A stretch of 63,720 bases of DNA, counting the filler, from Psammoneis japonica (Eukaryota): the NCBI GenBank assembly GCA_008632985.1. It is 3 parts of 3 records of this genome, joined end to end, with 100 filler letters (N's around TTAATTAATTAA, not from the genome) between each part and the next. Parts side by side here need not be neighbours in the genome. Positions count along the whole stretch, not along the records: positions 44,211 to 63,720 come from QPGO01000458.1; 2 more parts are not named here. The stretch is one strand, 5' to 3'. Made by a program: the position numbers and the translations under genes. The notes under the pieces were generated by a model that was not told the DNA's origin, searched no databases, and saw only the letters and a program-made list of their open reading frames with translations. Shown here piece after piece: positions 62,450 through 63,720 of this stretch; position 1 is the first letter of the stretch; the number at the start of each line of letters is the position of its first letter.

Positions 62450-63720
62450 CGTGGCTTTTTTGTGTCGCACGCATCGCACAACATCGAACAACAATGGCAC
62501 CGATTCATTCGACCGACCGCGCGCGGCGGGCGGGTTAATCGTCTGGGCGTCATGCGTGCGCGTTGATCTTCAATCTCTCTCGTCTCCCCTCCTCCTTTTC
62601 CTCCTCTTTTTCTTCATAAACTCGGAGCTGCCTGCGTGACCGGACACATGCCCATTGTTTTCCGCATTCTTCCACATGGCCTCGTTCTTGTTGATGAGAT
62701 TCGTGAAGGCGGGGCAGTCTTGTTCCAACATGGCTTCGACTGCACTCACATCGCACAGCACCACTCTCAACCGAGTTGCAAGAACAGATGAGGAATGACC
62801 TCGAACAAAGGGGTGGGGGGTGAAGAGCTTGAAAAGCACCAGCAGTTGAGAGAAAACAGACCATGCCACCAAACATGGAAGAAGGATGTTGGCGACACTC
62901 GCGGAGGAAAGCAGCAAAGATTTCTTGACACCCCATTGTTTTGGCATCGCACCAGGACGGGTTCCAGTCCTGGGTGGGACTTTTTGTGACATTGGGCCCA
63001 CAGAATTCTGCGTGCAAGCTCAGCAGTAAAATTGGCAGGCAAAGGACACATGAATGATTGCCAACAGAAAGAGAGGCAATTTTGCGGGCGCATCTCCTCC
63101 TCCACACTTGAGGTGCATTCTTTGCAGTGTGCCCGGATGCGACGGGTTCCAGTCCTGGGTGGGACTTTTTGTGACATTTGCCCCATAGAATTCTACGTGC
63201 AAGCTCTGCAGTTTGTACTCTGGTCAATGGACATGTTTGTCTTTGACATGAAACAAACGGCCAAGTTTGCAGCACACACATCTGTGTGCGCACTCAAAGT
63301 TTTGGACAATGCGCCTGTCCTGTGCCATTCTTAAGACACTCAAGAATGGCACAGAAGAAAAAAATGTTAAAAGTTGTTGAATGGATTGCGCGACAATTGC
63401 ACTATAAAATGATAAAAAATTTTGCCAAAATCACATGGAAATGTGCGTGCGCGACATGCGAAGTGATTCAAAAAACTGTCGATGTCACAGTTCAGCAGTG
63501 CGAGGTCCCACCTGGACCTGGAACACGTCATGCATTCTTCAGACATTAAAGAACACACCCAGCACATTTTCATTGACATAAATTTAGATGACAGAAAGCC
63601 TTTGGCTTTGCAAAACAGGCAGTGTGGAACAATTTTTTGCAATGGAGCACGCAGAAATGTGCTCGCAAAACACACGGCGGATGACAAAAAACAATTGTGT
63701 CACAGTTCAGCAGTGCGAGT
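62450..63720. mobile_element. TpA-depleted degenerate region with internal direct repeats
   Basis: 72-bp direct repeat at 62956-63027 and 63141-63212; gtcacagttcagcagtgcgag at ~63484 and ~63698. Confidence 0.45.

Overview
Eukaryotic, probably diatom-like (stramenopile) draft genome sequence. It appears to be three pieces joined by artificial N..TTAATTAATTAA..N spacers (22221-22320, 44111-44210). The ordinary gene-dense part holds eRF1, a multidomain acetyl-CoA carboxylase, MSH6, a KH-domain protein, two tandem secreted metallophosphoesterases, a helicase-associated-domain gene and a coiled-coil gene; scattered 1-bp indels look like sequencing errors. The accessory parts carry two notable signals. 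(1) A sharply bounded, domain-restricted mutational signature converts TpA to CpA or TpG (Tyr to His/Cys, loss of TAA/TAG). It occurs in some domains without CpG loss and in others together with CpG to TpG/CpA decay, and runs opposite to fungal RIP. Tandem-copy comparisons and conserved protein motifs give the direction. (2) A decayed cluster of chromatin/DNA-modifying genes (SET domain, TET/JBP-like 2OG-Fe(II) dioxygenase, DOT1-like methyltransferase, with a possible papain-fold peptidase gene next door) lies inside such a domain and looks like transposon cargo. Also present: a ~10-kb adhesin-like pseudogene with ~25 tandem 95-aa Ig/cadherin-like repeats in a 2280-bp higher-order repeat, a piggyBac-like MITE relic, and intergenic TAG/CTA-rich tracts with the mirror-image composition. 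All family calls are by-eye motif recognition; no searches were run.
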